49,983 nt of DNA from Gammaproteobacteria bacterium (GCA_020053945.1 JAGVME010000017.1:1-49983), one strand, 5' to 3'; shown: positions 7,915 through 18,169, numbered from the stretch's first letter. Translations and numbers: made by a program. The notes: a model not told the origin generated them from the letters alone.

Positions 7915-9729
7915 TTAAATCCCACTGCGCATATCCCTTACATTTTTCAGCATCGCATCAAACACTTTATTTATTTTTTCACCTTTTAAGCGATGGCTAT
8001 GACGCGTGGTTTTTGTGAAATACTCGGGATCCAGTATTTGTTGTTCGACAAATTCCCGGAAAATATCATGGATCAACGCCGAATTCATATGCAACTTTTC
8101 GGCCGCCTTCATCATTTTATCAGCCACATATAAAATCGCATCGCCCGTCACGCGGTCATAACGGTTTATAAGCGCCACCCGGTCCCTGATGTCCGCCATT
8201 AATTTATTGACGAGCCGATGGGAATGATGTGAGGCGCGGCGCACCAGCCCGCAATATAATTCCTGAAAGCGTTTGATCTTCGCTTTGCGGGTCGGCGTCA
8301 ATGCCATATCTTCATCCATCCCATACTCTGACCGCAAAATTCCAATAAATTCTTCGGCTGGCATGGGGTTATTTCCCGAAAAATAATGTTTTGGGAGTTC
8401 GCGCAGGATATCCCTCAAGCAAAAAATAGCATTGGATGTAATGCCGTCGGATACTTCATAAACGCCTTTCTTTGATTGCGCCCTTTCAAAGTAGTCGCAT
8501 ATTTTCCTGAACTCTTTAAGATCTTTACTGAATAGGCGATCGTTGGCCAGTATGGATTGCATGTCAGGGCTGAAACCCAACTTATGGGTCATGGCCTGGT
8601 TTTTGGTGGCTTCAAAAACCTCATCAAAGTAATTCAACATGGCATGGTTAGCATAATGCTTAAGGCTTTTTTTACGTTTCGTCACCAAGAAATCCACAAT
8701 TTGCGCAAATACCTGAACTGTGTATTTTGCCTTGTTTTTTTGCTCCGCTATCGTAGTGGACATGCGCTCGGCATCATCATAGCGGTATTCACGGTGAAAC
8801 AACCCGAACTGCCGGACGGAGCCATAATCAATGATCGCGCCATCCATAAGGATATTGTCACCGTCCCATTCCATCCAGCAGAATATATATTCACTTTCAA
8901 ACAAGGCGGCCACATGGGCAAAATCATAGGCGACCTTTTGCAAAAAATACGGGTACGTCCCATCGCTTTCCGCTTGTTTCTCCCATAATCCATTTTCCAC
9001 CTGGCGATCAATATAATAATCGACACCGCTTTTCAGTTCCGCATAATTACCCTGCTTGAGATAACGGAACAAATGCGCCGGGCGCAATAAATTTTGGTAA
9101 GCGCGCACATTGATGGCACTGCCATCTTTATACGAAATAACCGCCAGCGTCCTTTCGGTGGGGATGTTATTCCGGTGGAAAATATCACTCATCAACGCGG
9201 CGCTGATGCCATCGGCCAAGTCAGCGCGCCCGCCTCCATACGATACATTTTTATCGCCGGTCTTGAAAAATTTTCCTTCAATAGCCGTTGCCGGACTTAA
9301 TGATGTAGCGCCTGTGCCGCAACTGGAAATATCCCAGGCGCCGCGCTTTGCCTTGAAATAACCGTTCCAGATGCTGCGCCCATCCCCTGAAGTGTTACCC
9401 CGTTTATCGGGATGCTGGCACTGTAAATAACGTGTTGCCATATAACGGTTAGGTTTGAGGGTATTGGCGGGAAAGCGGCGCTTATGCAGCACATCGTATT
9501 CATTGATGATCTCCAGGCTGAACGCGCCCAAAATCGCCTTCGACAGTTCTTTGTTGAGCGCTTCGGGATGGTTCTGCGCAATCAAACCCATTTCCTTCGC
9601 TAATCCAAAATTAAAGTAAAACACTTTTCCACCGGGACGGGTTCGCGCGGCATAATCAACAAAACCATTAGGCATGGCCATGCGGTACGGGTGGGTTCCA
9701 TCAATCCTGGCAAATCCTGAATAGCGCAT
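7915..9729 (-). CDS. Divergent SelO/YdiU (UPF0061) family pseudokinase-fold protein, a putative protein AMPylase
   Basis: The order of motifs resembles SelO: FNFGLAKEMGL, TSGDGRSIWNG (GDGR), IPTERTLAVI, DGDNILMDGAIIDYG (catalytic Asn and DxG-like Asp). However, GHQFG is not conserved, and the protein is about 120 aa longer than E. coli YdiU. Confidence 0.6.
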   Translation of the reverse strand: MRYSGFARIDGTHPYRMAMPNGFVDYAARTRPGGKVFYFNFGLAKEMGLIAQNHPEALNKELSKAILGAFSLEIINEYDVLHKRRFPANTLKPNRYMATRYLQCQHPDKRGNTSGDGRSIWNGYFKAKRGAWDISSCGTGATSLSPATAIEGKFFKTGDKNVSYGGGRADLADGISAALMSDIFHRNNIPTERTLAVISYKDGSAINVRAYQNLLRPAHLFRYLKQGNYAELKSGVDYYIDRQVENGLWEKQAESDGTYPYFLQKVAYDFAHVAALFESEYIFCWMEWDGDNILMDGAIIDYGSVRQFGLFHREYRYDDAERMSTTIAEQKNKAKYTVQVFAQIVDFLVTKRKKSLKHYANHAMLNYFDEVFEATKNQAMTHKLGFSPDMQSILANDRLFSKDLKEFRKICDYFERAQSKKGVYEVSDGITSNAIFCLRDILRELPKHYFSGNNPMPAEEFIGILRSEYGMDEDMALTPTRKAKIKRFQELYCGLVRRASHHSHRLVNKLMADIRDRVALINRYDRVTGDAILYVADKMMKAAEKLHMNSALIHDIFREFVEQQILDPEYFTKTTRHSHRLKGEKINKVFDAMLKNVRDMRSGI

Positions 9730-9879
9730 TATCCTGGCTTACTCCCCTACAGGTTGTTGTAAAAGGTATCGGATCCACGCAAAATTCCTTAAGTATCAGC
9801 AAGCTTTTAGCGCAAAATGTCATGCAGGTTTGCGGCGGATGGGCTAAAATCATTCTTTCCCAAAAACTGGCCATATTCT

Positions 9880-10914
9880 ATGCCTACTATTATTTGCCCT
9901 CCTGAATGGGCGCCTCAAAGCGGCGTTATGCTGACTTGGCCCCACGCGCACAGTGACTGGCGTGGCGCGCTAGATTTGGTGGAACCAGTGTTTGTTGAGC
10001 TGGTACAGCAAATCAGCTTGCACGAAAAGCTGTTGATAAGCTGCTGGGATGATGCGCATCTGGCCCATGTGAAAACACGCCTGAGCTTGGCCGATGCGGA
10101 CATGGACAATGTCTTGCTCCATGCCGCACCTTCCAATGACACATGGGTGCGCGATCACGGCCCGATTACCGTGCTGGAAAATGGCGTGCCGCGCTTGCTG
10201 AATTTCACCTTCAACGGTTGGGGCAATAAATTTGATGCCACTCTCGACAATCAACTTACACAGCGTTTGCACGAATTAAAATCATTTAATGATACAAAAC
10301 TTCAAACAATTGACTTTGTTCTTGAAGGTGGCAGTATAGAAGTGGATGGCGAAGGCACACTACTGACCACGCGCCGCTGCTTGATGGCGCCCACACGTAA
10401 TCCACACCTAAGCCAGCAACAGGTCGAGGCCACCTTGGGTGGGCTATTGGGCGTAGACCGTTTTTTATGGTTGGATCATGGCTACCTGGCAGGGGATGAT
10501 ACTGATAGCCACATTGACACGCTGGCGCGCTTTTGCGATGCGCGCACTATCGCGTATGTGGCCTGCGACGACCCGAAAGACGAGCATTATGTTGAACTCA
10601 AAGCCATGGAAGACGAGCTTAAGGCATTTCGCACCCGCGAGGGGCAACCCTATACCTTGGTTCCCCTGCCCTGGCCGCAAGCAAAATATGACGATGACGG
10701 CCACCGCTTGCCCGCCACCTACGCCAATTTTCTGATCATCAATGAGGTGGTGCTGGTGCCCACGTATGCTGATTGGGCCGATAAAGCGGCATTGGTGCAG
10801 ATAAAAAAATGTTTCCCGCAAAGGGAAGTCATTGCCGTGTCATGCCAGCCCTTAATTTTACAACACGGCAGTTTGCACTGCGTGACCATGCAATTACCGG
10901 CGGGAGTTTTGTAA
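9880..10914 (+). CDS. aguA: Agmatine deiminase
   Basis: Family hallmarks are MPTIICPPEWAPQSGVMLTWPH, WVRDHGPI, EGGSIEVDGEGTLLTT, GDDTDSHIDTLARF and the C-terminal GSLHCVTMQ (catalytic Cys). The start is set at the internal ATG. Confidence 0.9.
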   Translation: MPTIICPPEWAPQSGVMLTWPHAHSDWRGALDLVEPVFVELVQQISLHEKLLISCWDDAHLAHVKTRLSLADADMDNVLLHAAPSNDTWVRDHGPITVLENGVPRLLNFTFNGWGNKFDATLDNQLTQRLHELKSFNDTKLQTIDFVLEGGSIEVDGEGTLLTTRRCLMAPTRNPHLSQQQVEATLGGLLGVDRFLWLDHGYLAGDDTDSHIDTLARFCDARTIAYVACDDPKDEHYVELKAMEDELKAFRTREGQPYTLVPLPWPQAKYDDDGHRLPATYANFLIINEVVLVPTYADWADKAALVQIKKCFPQREVIAVSCQPLILQHGSLHCVTMQLPAGVL

Positions 10915-10916
10915 AG

Positions 10917-11816
10917 ATGGATGCGGTGGCCACAAAAAAAATCCGGGTTGGTTTGGTTCAACAAACCTGTAGTGGCGACCGCGCGATGAATCTTGAACAG
11001 ACGATAGCGGGAATCCGCAATGCGGCGCAACAAGGCGCGCGACTGGTACTGTTGCAAGAGCTACACACCAGCCTCTATTTTTGCCAGACGGAAGATACAC
11101 GCTGTTTTGATCTGGCCGAGAGCATTCCCGGCCCCAGTACCGCCCAATTGGGCAAGATCGCCGCCGAGCTGAACATCGTCATCGTGGCATCGCTGTTTGA
11201 ACGCCGCGCCGCTGGGCTGTATCACAATACCGCCGTGGTGCTGGAAAGCGACGGCAGCACCGTCGGCACTTACCGCAAAATGCATATTCCCGATGACCCA
11301 GGTTTCTATGAAAAGTTTTATTTCACACCCGGCGACTTGGGATTCACGCCCGTCAACACCTCCGTAGGCCGTCTGGGCGTACTGGTGTGCTGGGACCAAT
11401 GGTTCCCCGAAGCCGCGCGGCTCATGGCGCTGGCAGGAGCCGAGATGCTGCTCTACCCTACCGCCATTGGCTGGAATCCGGACGACGACGCGCAAGAACA
11501 AATCCGTCAACGCGATGCCTGGATCACCGTCCAACGCGCCCACGCCATCGCCAACGGCCTGCCAGTGCTGGTGTGCAACCGCACCGGCTTTGAGGCCGAC
11601 CCCTCCGGGCACAGTGCTGGCATACAATTTTGGGGATCAAGCTTCGTGTGTGGCGCGCAGGGCGAGATTGTTGCAAGTGCAGTAGCAGATGCCGCGGATA
11701 CATTAATCACCGACATAGACCTGGCCCGCAGCGAACAGGTACGCCGCATCTGGCCCTATTTACGCGACCGGCGCATTGACGCATACGCGGATCTGCTGCG
11801 GCGTTACCGGGATTAA
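10917..11816 (+). CDS. aguB: N-carbamoylputrescine amidase (nitrilase superfamily)
   Basis: The ATG lies 2 nt after the aguA stop. Supporting motifs are IRVGLVQQ, LLQELH, YRKMHIPDDPGFYEKFYFTPGD and VLVCWDQWFPEAAR (catalytic Cys). Confidence 0.9.
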   Translation: MDAVATKKIRVGLVQQTCSGDRAMNLEQTIAGIRNAAQQGARLVLLQELHTSLYFCQTEDTRCFDLAESIPGPSTAQLGKIAAELNIVIVASLFERRAAGLYHNTAVVLESDGSTVGTYRKMHIPDDPGFYEKFYFTPGDLGFTPVNTSVGRLGVLVCWDQWFPEAARLMALAGAEMLLYPTAIGWNPDDDAQEQIRQRDAWITVQRAHAIANGLPVLVCNRTGFEADPSGHSAGIQFWGSSFVCGAQGEIVASAVADAADTLITDIDLARSEQVRRIWPYLRDRRIDAYADLLRRYRD

Positions 11817-11936
11817 AACCAAGCGCGGTGGAAGCATGGGTAACCCGCCGCTCGGGTGCTTACCTTACCCCTGGGTGCTCGTGGATTCATCTTTGCAACC
11901 ACTATACAACTTCCAGCAAGCTCCCTGGTCAAATTC

Positions 11937-12122
11937 TTAACGCACCAGGTACAACAACAGCACACCTACTGCCATGCTTACCAGTCCCGCAATCCGCAGG
12001 GCCTTATCATCCATTTGCGCGATAGTGGACATGGTTTGGCGCCAGCCCTGGGGATTAATGAAAGGCATAATGCCTTCAATGACGAGCACCAACGCCAGTG
12101 CCGCGAAAAGATCTTGCCACAT
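11937..12122 (-). CDS. yjeT: DUF2065 (YjeT-like) small membrane protein
   Basis: It is 61 aa with two hydrophobic helices. The position immediately downstream of hflC is the conserved location of yjeT. Confidence 0.75.
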   Translation of the reverse strand: MWQDLFAALALVLVIEGIMPFINPQGWRQTMSTIAQMDDKALRIAGLVSMAVGVLLLYLVR

Positions 12123-12153
12123 AGGTTCTGAAATCCCTGATTACCAAAAATGC

Positions 12154-12191
12154 GGAAGGGGTGGCAAGCTTGCGCCTGAGCCACCCCTTCC
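12154..12191 (-). terminator. Strong hairpin between hflC and yjeT: GGAAGGGGTGGC-N14-GCCACCCCTTCC
   Basis: This is a perfect 12-bp GC-rich stem. T-runs follow on both strands (GCATTTTTGG on minus, TGTTTTTCT on plus). Confidence 0.65.
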
Positions 12192-12232
12192 TGTTTTTCT
12201 CCGATATCTACCTGGACAGTACCCCCACCCCA

Positions 12233-12257
12233 CCCCTCGCCCGCAAACGGGGAGAAA
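12233..12257. repeat. Imperfect CCCCTCGCCCG-CAAA-CGGGGAG hairpin element, related to the palindrome at 35979-36002
   Basis: It is preceded by a C-rich tract (ACCCCCACCCCACCCC), as is the 36.0 kb copy. The stem has a bulge, so the assignment is weak. Confidence 0.3.
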
Positions 12258-12270
12258 GCGGATGGCTACA

Positions 12271-13143
12271 CTATCGTGTGTTCGGGCTCTTGAAGTATTT
12301 GAAGAAATCGGAGCCCGGATCGACTACGACAATATCGCCCTGGTCTTTGAAAGAAGACCGGTAGGCGTTAATGCTGCGGTAAAAAGCATAAAACTCCGGG
12401 TTTTTCTTGTAGGCCTGGGCATAGGTTTCCGCTGCCTGGGCATCGCCTTCACCGCGGATACGCTCAGCTTCGCGGTACGCTTCGGCGATGGTTACGGAGC
12501 GTTGGCGGTCAGCATCAGCGCGAATCCGTTCAGCGGCTTCCGCACCACGTGAACGTAAGTCTTTGGCGACGCGTGAACGCTCCGCTTCCATGCGCTGGTA
12601 TACCGAGGAACTGACTTCTTCGGGCAGGTCGATGCGCTTGATGCGTACATCAATGACATCTATACCAAACTCATGTGCCTGCTTGTTGGCGTTGGTGGTA
12701 AGGATCGCCATAATTTGCTCACGCTCACCAGACACCACTTCCTGGATGGTGCGCTTGCCGAACTCATCCCGCAACCCGTTTTTGATGATTTGCGCCAAGC
12801 GCACATTAGCACGTTCTTCGTCACCGCCCATGGTGGTGTAATAACGCGACACGTCCTTGATTTTCCATTTCACGAAAGAATCAACCACGACGTTTTTCTT
12901 TTCCGCTGTAAGATAACGCTCGGGAGCGGCTTCCAGGGTTAAGATGCGCCCGTCAAATTTACGCACATTGTTGATGATTGGCACTTTCAGGTGCAGCCCC
13001 GGCTCAAAGTCAGAACGTACGACTTCCCCAAGACGGAACAAGACGGCTTTCTGTTGCTCGGCTACAGTGAACACGGACGATGCGGCAAGCAGCACAAAAC
13101 CGACCAGTACAATCACCAAACCCATTACTTTTTTCTGTTCCAT
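12271..13143 (-). CDS. hflC: FtsH protease modulator HflC
   Basis: It is an SPFH/band-7 protein with an N-terminal TM. Its ATG overlaps the hflK stop (TAATG). Confidence 0.93.
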   Translation of the reverse strand: MEQKKVMGLVIVLVGFVLLAASSVFTVAEQQKAVLFRLGEVVRSDFEPGLHLKVPIINNVRKFDGRILTLEAAPERYLTAEKKNVVVDSFVKWKIKDVSRYYTTMGGDEERANVRLAQIIKNGLRDEFGKRTIQEVVSGEREQIMAILTTNANKQAHEFGIDVIDVRIKRIDLPEEVSSSVYQRMEAERSRVAKDLRSRGAEAAERIRADADRQRSVTIAEAYREAERIRGEGDAQAAETYAQAYKKNPEFYAFYRSINAYRSSFKDQGDIVVVDPGSDFFKYFKSPNTR

Positions 13144-14387
13144 TAACGTTGCTCCCGCGCACGTGCGCTATCACGACCACGGCTATCTGTCTGCGGCAGG
13201 GTAATTGGCTTATCCAGCATTTGATCCTGTTGTATCGCACCGGCCGCTGGGTTACCTGAAGCCGCCTGGCGTTGGGTCATGCGATCCAGGGGCAAGTACA
13301 ACATATTGTTGCCGCCCTTGACGTCTACCATGACCTTGCTGCTCTTCGACATGACGGACTCCATCGCCTCGATATAGAGACGGTCACGCATGACTTTAGG
13401 CGCTTTTTCATATTCTGCCAACACCTGTGTAAAACGGCTGGCTTCACCTTTAGCTTGTGCGATCACCTGGGCTTTGTAACCATTGGCTTCTTCAAGCTGG
13501 CGAGCCGCGCCACCGCGCGCCTTGGGGATAACGTCATTCGCATACGCTTCTGCTTCGTTAATCAGGCGCTGCTCATCTTCACGCGATTTAACCGCATCAA
13601 GAAAGGCGCCCTGCACTTCTTCCGGTGGCTGCGCATCTTGCATGTTCACGCTGGTGACCTGTAACCCGGCATCGTAACGGTCCAGCGTTTTCTGGATCAG
13701 TTCACTGGCACGCGCGGCGATTTCGGTGCGGCCTTCCTTGAGCACGAAGTCCATATTGTTTTTGCCTACCGCGTCACGCACCGCGCTTTCCGTGGCTTGG
13801 CGCAGGGACTCATCCGGACTCCGGGTGTTGAACAGGTAATCACGCGCGTCTTTCACTTTATATTGCACGGCAAATTTGACGCTGATGATGTTTTCATCTT
13901 TGGTAAGCATCAAGGCTTCGCTGGCGATAGCGCCTGCCTGCGCGCCACTCCCACCGGAACGGTAACCAATTTCAGCGGTACGAATCTGCTCGACATTGAC
14001 ATTTTGCACAGCTTCAATGGGCGCGGGTATATGCCAGTGCGGACCCGGCAAGGTAGTGTCAACATATTGACCAAAACGCGTCACGACACCCCGTGTCCCT
14101 TCGTCAACAATATAGATACCCGTGGCAAGCCATACCAACGCGCCAATCGCCACCAGAATGCCGATGGGCTTGAGCGGATTGGAGGGTGTCCATCCCGCTG
14201 CACGCTCACCGCCACCGCCACCGCTACTGCCACCGCCACCGCCACTTTTTCCGCCGAATAAGCCACCAAGCTTTTTCTGCATCTTGCGGATCATTTCATC
14301 CAGGTCAGGAGGTGAGTTTTTGTTCTTGTTGCTACGGTTACCCCACGGATCTTTATCCTGCGGGCCTCCCGGTTCATTCCAGGCCAT
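13143..14387 (-). CDS. hflK: FtsH protease modulator HflK
   Basis: The N-terminus MAWNEPGGPQDKDPWG matches the E. coli HflK N-terminus. It has a Gly-rich linker, a TM and an SPFH domain. The start is set at the MAWNEPGG Met rather than at 14399. Confidence 0.93.
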   Translation of the reverse strand: MAWNEPGGPQDKDPWGNRSNKNKNSPPDLDEMIRKMQKKLGGLFGGKSGGGGGSSGGGGGERAAGWTPSNPLKPIGILVAIGALVWLATGIYIVDEGTRGVVTRFGQYVDTTLPGPHWHIPAPIEAVQNVNVEQIRTAEIGYRSGGSGAQAGAIASEALMLTKDENIISVKFAVQYKVKDARDYLFNTRSPDESLRQATESAVRDAVGKNNMDFVLKEGRTEIAARASELIQKTLDRYDAGLQVTSVNMQDAQPPEEVQGAFLDAVKSREDEQRLINEAEAYANDVIPKARGGAARQLEEANGYKAQVIAQAKGEASRFTQVLAEYEKAPKVMRDRLYIEAMESVMSKSSKVMVDVKGGNNMLYLPLDRMTQRQAASGNPAAGAIQQDQMLDKPITLPQTDSRGRDSARAREQR

Positions 14388-14497
14388 GAGTGACTCCATA
14401 TTGTTGAATATATTTCATAAGGGCATCTCTATAAATCTTATAATTAAATCTTAATTAAATCCGTTTAAACCCGATGATAGCGCTGAAATGGCGCCTG

Positions 14498-15676
14498 CTA
14501 AGAGGCCGCATACAGCATTTCTTCATCGGCTACCGGATAGCGGTCAGCCTGTGGGGGCGAGCTTTCAGCCCAAACATATTCCGCAAGCGCCTGCCGCAAT
14601 AAATCCATACCCGCACCCGTCGCGGCAGAGACCCAGACCCGCTGCACACGCCCCTCCGCATCACGGTCAATATGCGGCGCACAATCATTCAGCCTGTCTA
14701 TTTTATTGTAGACTTCAATGCGGGGTATTTCATCGGCACCTATTTCTTTGAGCACCTCATTCATCTGGTGGATGCATTCATGACGGTTTTCATTGCCCGC
14801 GTCAATCACATGCAACAACAAGGCCGCTTCACATGTTTCTTCAAGGGTAGAACGAAACGCGGCGACCAGGTCATGCGGCAGATGGCGGATAAACCCTACG
14901 GTATCCGCCAGCACGATAGCCTGGGCGCCGGATAATTCTACCCGGCGCAAGGTGGGGTCAAGTGTCGCGAACAACTGGTCAGCCGCGTACACTGTAGCCC
15001 CAGTCAGGCGATTAAACAAGGTGGACTTGCCCGCGTTGGTATAGCCCACTAATGAGACGGTGTGTACTGCGGCCTTACGCCGCGCCTTACGTCGTTCATC
15101 GCGTTGGCCACCCACCTTGCGTAAACGTTTGTTAAGCTGCTTGATGCGTGCGCCAATCAGCCGACGGTCAGTTTCCAACTGGGTTTCACCGGGACCCCGC
15201 AGGCCGATACCGCCGCGCTGGCGCTCCAGATGCGTCCAGCCCCGCACCAAGCGGGTGGACAGATGCTGCAACTGGGCCAATTCAACCTGCAGCTTACCCT
15301 CAAACGACTGGGCGCGTTGCGCGAAAATATCGAGAATCAAACCTACGCGATCCAATACCCGGCATTGCAATAATTGTTCGAGATTACGCTCTTGACCCGG
15401 TGATAGCTCATGATTGAACAACACCACATCGGCTTTCGTGGCCTCGACACAGGCGCGAATTTCTTCGGCCTTGCCACTCCCCACGAAATGACGTGCGTCC
15501 GGGACTTTGCGTGTGGCGGTAATAACCGCTACCACTTCAGCCCCGGCCGACGCCGCCAGCTCATGAAACTCATCCAGCCCTTCACACATTCCTGCGGCCT
15601 GAAAATCCACACTGACAAGAATGGCACGCTCTCTATTACGCCCTCCATGAAAAGGGTGTTCGACTAAATTTACCAA
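14498..15676 (-). CDS. hflX: Ribosome-associated GTPase HflX
   Basis: RLIGARIKQL, LVGYTNAGKSTLFN (G1), DTVGF (G3) and NKID (G4) are present. The apparent start is TTG, 6 nt after the hfq stop. Confidence 0.92.
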   Translation of the reverse strand: MVNLVEHPFHGGRNRERAILVSVDFQAAGMCEGLDEFHELAASAGAEVVAVITATRKVPDARHFVGSGKAEEIRACVEATKADVVLFNHELSPGQERNLEQLLQCRVLDRVGLILDIFAQRAQSFEGKLQVELAQLQHLSTRLVRGWTHLERQRGGIGLRGPGETQLETDRRLIGARIKQLNKRLRKVGGQRDERRKARRKAAVHTVSLVGYTNAGKSTLFNRLTGATVYAADQLFATLDPTLRRVELSGAQAIVLADTVGFIRHLPHDLVAAFRSTLEETCEAALLLHVIDAGNENRHECIHQMNEVLKEIGADEIPRIEVYNKIDRLNDCAPHIDRDAEGRVQRVWVSAATGAGMDLLRQALAEYVWAESSPPQADRYPVADEEMLYAAS

Positions 15677-15682
15677 CGGGGG

Positions 15683-15955
15683 CTATTCATCTTCGCTTTC
15701 ATTGGGATTGCCATGGGCATCCCCTGACACATCATTAGTTCCCGATAATTTTACATTGCGGGCGGGCACAATTGTGGAAATGGCATGCTTATATACCATC
15801 TGGCTGATGGTATTCTTCAATAAGACAGCAAACTGGTCAAACGATTCAATTTGACCTTGAAGTTTTATGCCATTGACCAGATAGATGGACACGGGTACGC
15901 GTTCCTTGCGCAGGGCATTTAAAAAAGGGTCTTGTATGCTTTGCCCTTTAGTCAT
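15683..15955 (-). CDS. hfq: RNA chaperone Hfq
   Basis: The sequence is [48 protein letters not shown]...[13 protein letters not shown]. Confidence 0.98.
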   Translation of the reverse strand: MTKGQSIQDPFLNALRKERVPVSIYLVNGIKLQGQIESFDQFAVLLKNTISQMVYKHAISTIVPARNVKLSGTNDVSGDAHGNPNESEDE

Positions 15956-16211
15956 AGTTGTATCTCCTTAATTTTTGGTTACGTTGTCCATGTCAATCTT
16001 TCGCATGTTCAACTTCTACACGATATTGAACCTTGGGTATAAGCATGTAACTTACATTCGATTACGCGATCCACCTGTAAATAAAATTATACGTTCATTC
16101 CCTCTATACTTTGCCCTGACCATCTTAATATTAAATGCTATGCCAGACCATCATGCCGTACAACTTTAACTATACACAAGAATGATAGCACAGTTGTTGT
16201 ATAATCCTAGG

Positions 16212-17159
16212 TTAGATGAGGGCAGTAACGAGATGTTTCAAGATCTTATCAGAAATGTTTTCAGAAATATCAAACTTTAACGTACCCTGTGTGGAACGTA
16301 ACCAAGTCAATTGCCGTTTGGCGAACTGGCGAGTGGCAAAAATACCGCGCTCCACCATCTCGTCATAGCCCATTTCCCCATGCAGATAACCCCACACCTG
16401 GCGGTAACCTACGGCCCGCAATGCGGGCAAACCGGCATGCAAATCGCCGCGGCTTCGCAACCGTTCGACCTCGGCAACCAACCCTTGCGCGAGCATGGCT
16501 TTAAACCGGGATTCAATACGGTGGTGCAGCCCGACCCGATCCTCGGGCACCACAGCGATTTTTACCGCACGGTAAGGAAATAGGCGGGCTTCCGAAGCGC
16601 TGGATTGGGGTGCATCGACCAGATCACTTAAAGATACGCCACCCACATCATAAACCTCAAGCGCACGTTGGATACGCTGGGTGTCATGGGGGTGGATGCG
16701 CGCGGCGGCGCGTGGATCGACCTGCGCCAAACGCGCATGCAAGCCCGCCAGGCCATTGCGTTGCAGTTCATCCTCAAGCTGCGCGCGCACGGTTTCATCT
16801 GCGGCTGGCAAATCCGACAGGCCGTATTGCAAAGCGCGAAAATACAACAGGGTGCCGCCCACCAGCAAGGGAATACGTCCGGCCTGAGTCACCTGCCCCA
16901 TTTCGCGCAGGGCATCCTGCCGAAACTGGGCGGCTGAATAGGCCTGGGCAGGGTCAAGAATATCAATGAGGCGATGAGGCGCTGCCGCGAGTTGGGCAGC
17001 GCTGGGCTTGGCGGTGCCGATATCCATGCCCCGGTAGATCATGGCGGAGTCGACACTTATAATGTCACACGGCAGATGCCGCACCAATTCCAGCGCCAGG
17101 TCAGTTTTGCCTGCGGCCGTCGGCCCCATCAAAAAAATAGCGGGAGGAAGGGAATTCAT
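16212..17159 (-). CDS. miaA: tRNA dimethylallyltransferase
   Basis: The start is set at [23 protein letters not shown] (P-loop). The longer ORF to 17231 runs into the tRNA-Ser gene and is spurious. Confidence 0.93.
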   Translation of the reverse strand: MNSLPPAIFLMGPTAAGKTDLALELVRHLPCDIISVDSAMIYRGMDIGTAKPSAAQLAAAPHRLIDILDPAQAYSAAQFRQDALREMGQVTQAGRIPLLVGGTLLYFRALQYGLSDLPAADETVRAQLEDELQRNGLAGLHARLAQVDPRAAARIHPHDTQRIQRALEVYDVGGVSLSDLVDAPQSSASEARLFPYRAVKIAVVPEDRVGLHHRIESRFKAMLAQGLVAEVERLRSRGDLHAGLPALRAVGYRQVWGYLHGEMGYDEMVERGIFATRQFAKRQLTWLRSTQGTLKFDISENISDKILKHLVTALI

Positions 17160-17186
17160 GGGAATAGTCGCGCGGATAACGCCATA

Positions 17187-17274
17187 TGGCGGAGAGGGTG
17201 GGATTCGAACCCACGGAAGGTCACCCTTCAACGGTTTTCAAGACCGTCGCTTTAGACCGCTCAGCCACCTCTCC
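17187..17274 (-). tRNA. tRNA-Ser (anticodon UGA), with CCA encoded
   Basis: The 88-nt reverse complement is GGAGAGGTGGCTGAGCGGTCTAAAGCGACGGTCTTGAAAACCGTTGAAGGGTGACCTTCCGTGGGTTCGAATCCCACCCTCTCCGCCA. The acceptor is GGAGAGG/CCTCTCC and the anticodon stem ACGGT/ACCGT, with loop CTTGAAA. There is a long variable arm GAAGG/CCTTC and a T-arm GTGGG-TTCGAAT-CCCAC. Confidence 0.95.
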
Positions 17275-17500
17275 AGAAATAATCAATCAACTTATCCGCG
17301 GCAGGATACCCTAAAAGCACCCTGAAATTCCACCGGAATTTGCACAAGGCTGCAAGATACCTGACTATGTAACGCTTGGAGTGTAGCAATCTCTAGGTAT
17401 TGTCGCTAATATAAGGGAACTAGAAGAAGTTTAGGTGTTCTAATTATTTGGTTTGGATGTGATCAAGATTAACCCTGCTACCTTAGGAGATAACGCACAA

Positions 17501-18169
17501 ATGAACACATATCAGCAACCGACTGTTCAGACAATTGGTTCTACAATATCAACTAACAAGTTGATTAAAAACACCTATATGCTGCTGTCCATGACACTGC
17601 TGTTCAGCGCAGCGATGGCGGGCGTGTCCATTGCCCTGAATCTGCCCCACCCCGGCATTATCATTACGCTGGTGGGTTATCTGGGGCTCCTGTTCCTGAC
17701 CTATAAGCTGAAAAACAGCGCCTGGGGTCTGCTGTCGGTATTCGGCCTTACTGGATTTATGGGTATTACCCTTGGCCCAATTATCAGCCATTACCTGAGC
17801 CTGCCCAACGGTGGTCAGGTCGTGATGAGCGCCATGGGTGCCACGGGCGCGCTGTTTTTGGGCCTGTCGGCTTACGCATTGACCACCCGCAAAGATTTCA
17901 GTTTTATGGGCGGCTTTCTGTTTGTAGGTGTGGTAGTGGCGTTTTTGGCGGGCTTGGGTGCGATATTCTTTGAGATGCCGATGCTGGCGCTGGCGGTGTC
18001 TGGCATGTTTGTGCTACTGGCCTCGGGCTTGATCCTGTATGAAACCAGCCAGCTTATTCACGGCGGTGAAACCAATTATATTATCGCGACGGTTTCACTG
18101 TATGTGAGTATCTATAATTTATTTGCCAGCTTGCTGCATATTTTCGGTGCGACCAGCGGCGACGATTAA
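17501..18169 (+). CDS. BAX inhibitor-1/YccA family membrane protein
   Basis: GGAGA lies about 12 nt upstream of the ATG at 17501. It has 7 TM segments and typical NKLIKNTYMLLSMTL and LYVSIYNLFASLLHIFG segments. Confidence 0.85.
   Translation: MNTYQQPTVQTIGSTISTNKLIKNTYMLLSMTLLFSAAMAGVSIALNLPHPGIIITLVGYLGLLFLTYKLKNSAWGLLSVFGLTGFMGITLGPIISHYLSLPNGGQVVMSAMGATGALFLGLSAYALTTRKDFSFMGGFLFVGVVVAFLAGLGAIFFEMPMLALAVSGMFVLLASGLILYETSQLIHGGETNYIIATVSLYVSIYNLFASLLHIFGATSGDD

Noticed and set aside
14180-14260. GCCACC/GCCGCC-rich repetitive DNA that might look like a microsatellite or an array.
   Set aside because: It encodes the Gly/Ser-rich linker (GGGGGSSGGGGG) of HflK, which is normal low complexity for that protein. 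It has no spacer-repeat structure.
17160-17231. The N-terminal extension of the miaA ORF ([24 protein letters not shown]...) up to 17231.
   Set aside because: It overlaps the tRNA-Ser gene (17187-17274). MiaA homology and the P-loop begin at the Met at 17159.
17187-17274. tRNA-Ser as a possible integration site for a genomic island.
   Set aside because: Both flanks are housekeeping or ordinary genes (miaA and a BI-1 family protein). No integrase, direct repeat of the tRNA 3' end, or compositional shift is visible next to it.
17401-17413. The 13-mer TGTCGCTAATATA is shared by the promoter regions at 17401 and 20897.
   Set aside because: My rough estimate is that tens of 13-mer coincidences are expected by chance among all position pairs in 50 kb on two strands. 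The sequence is also AT-rich promoter-like DNA, so this is not significant on its own.
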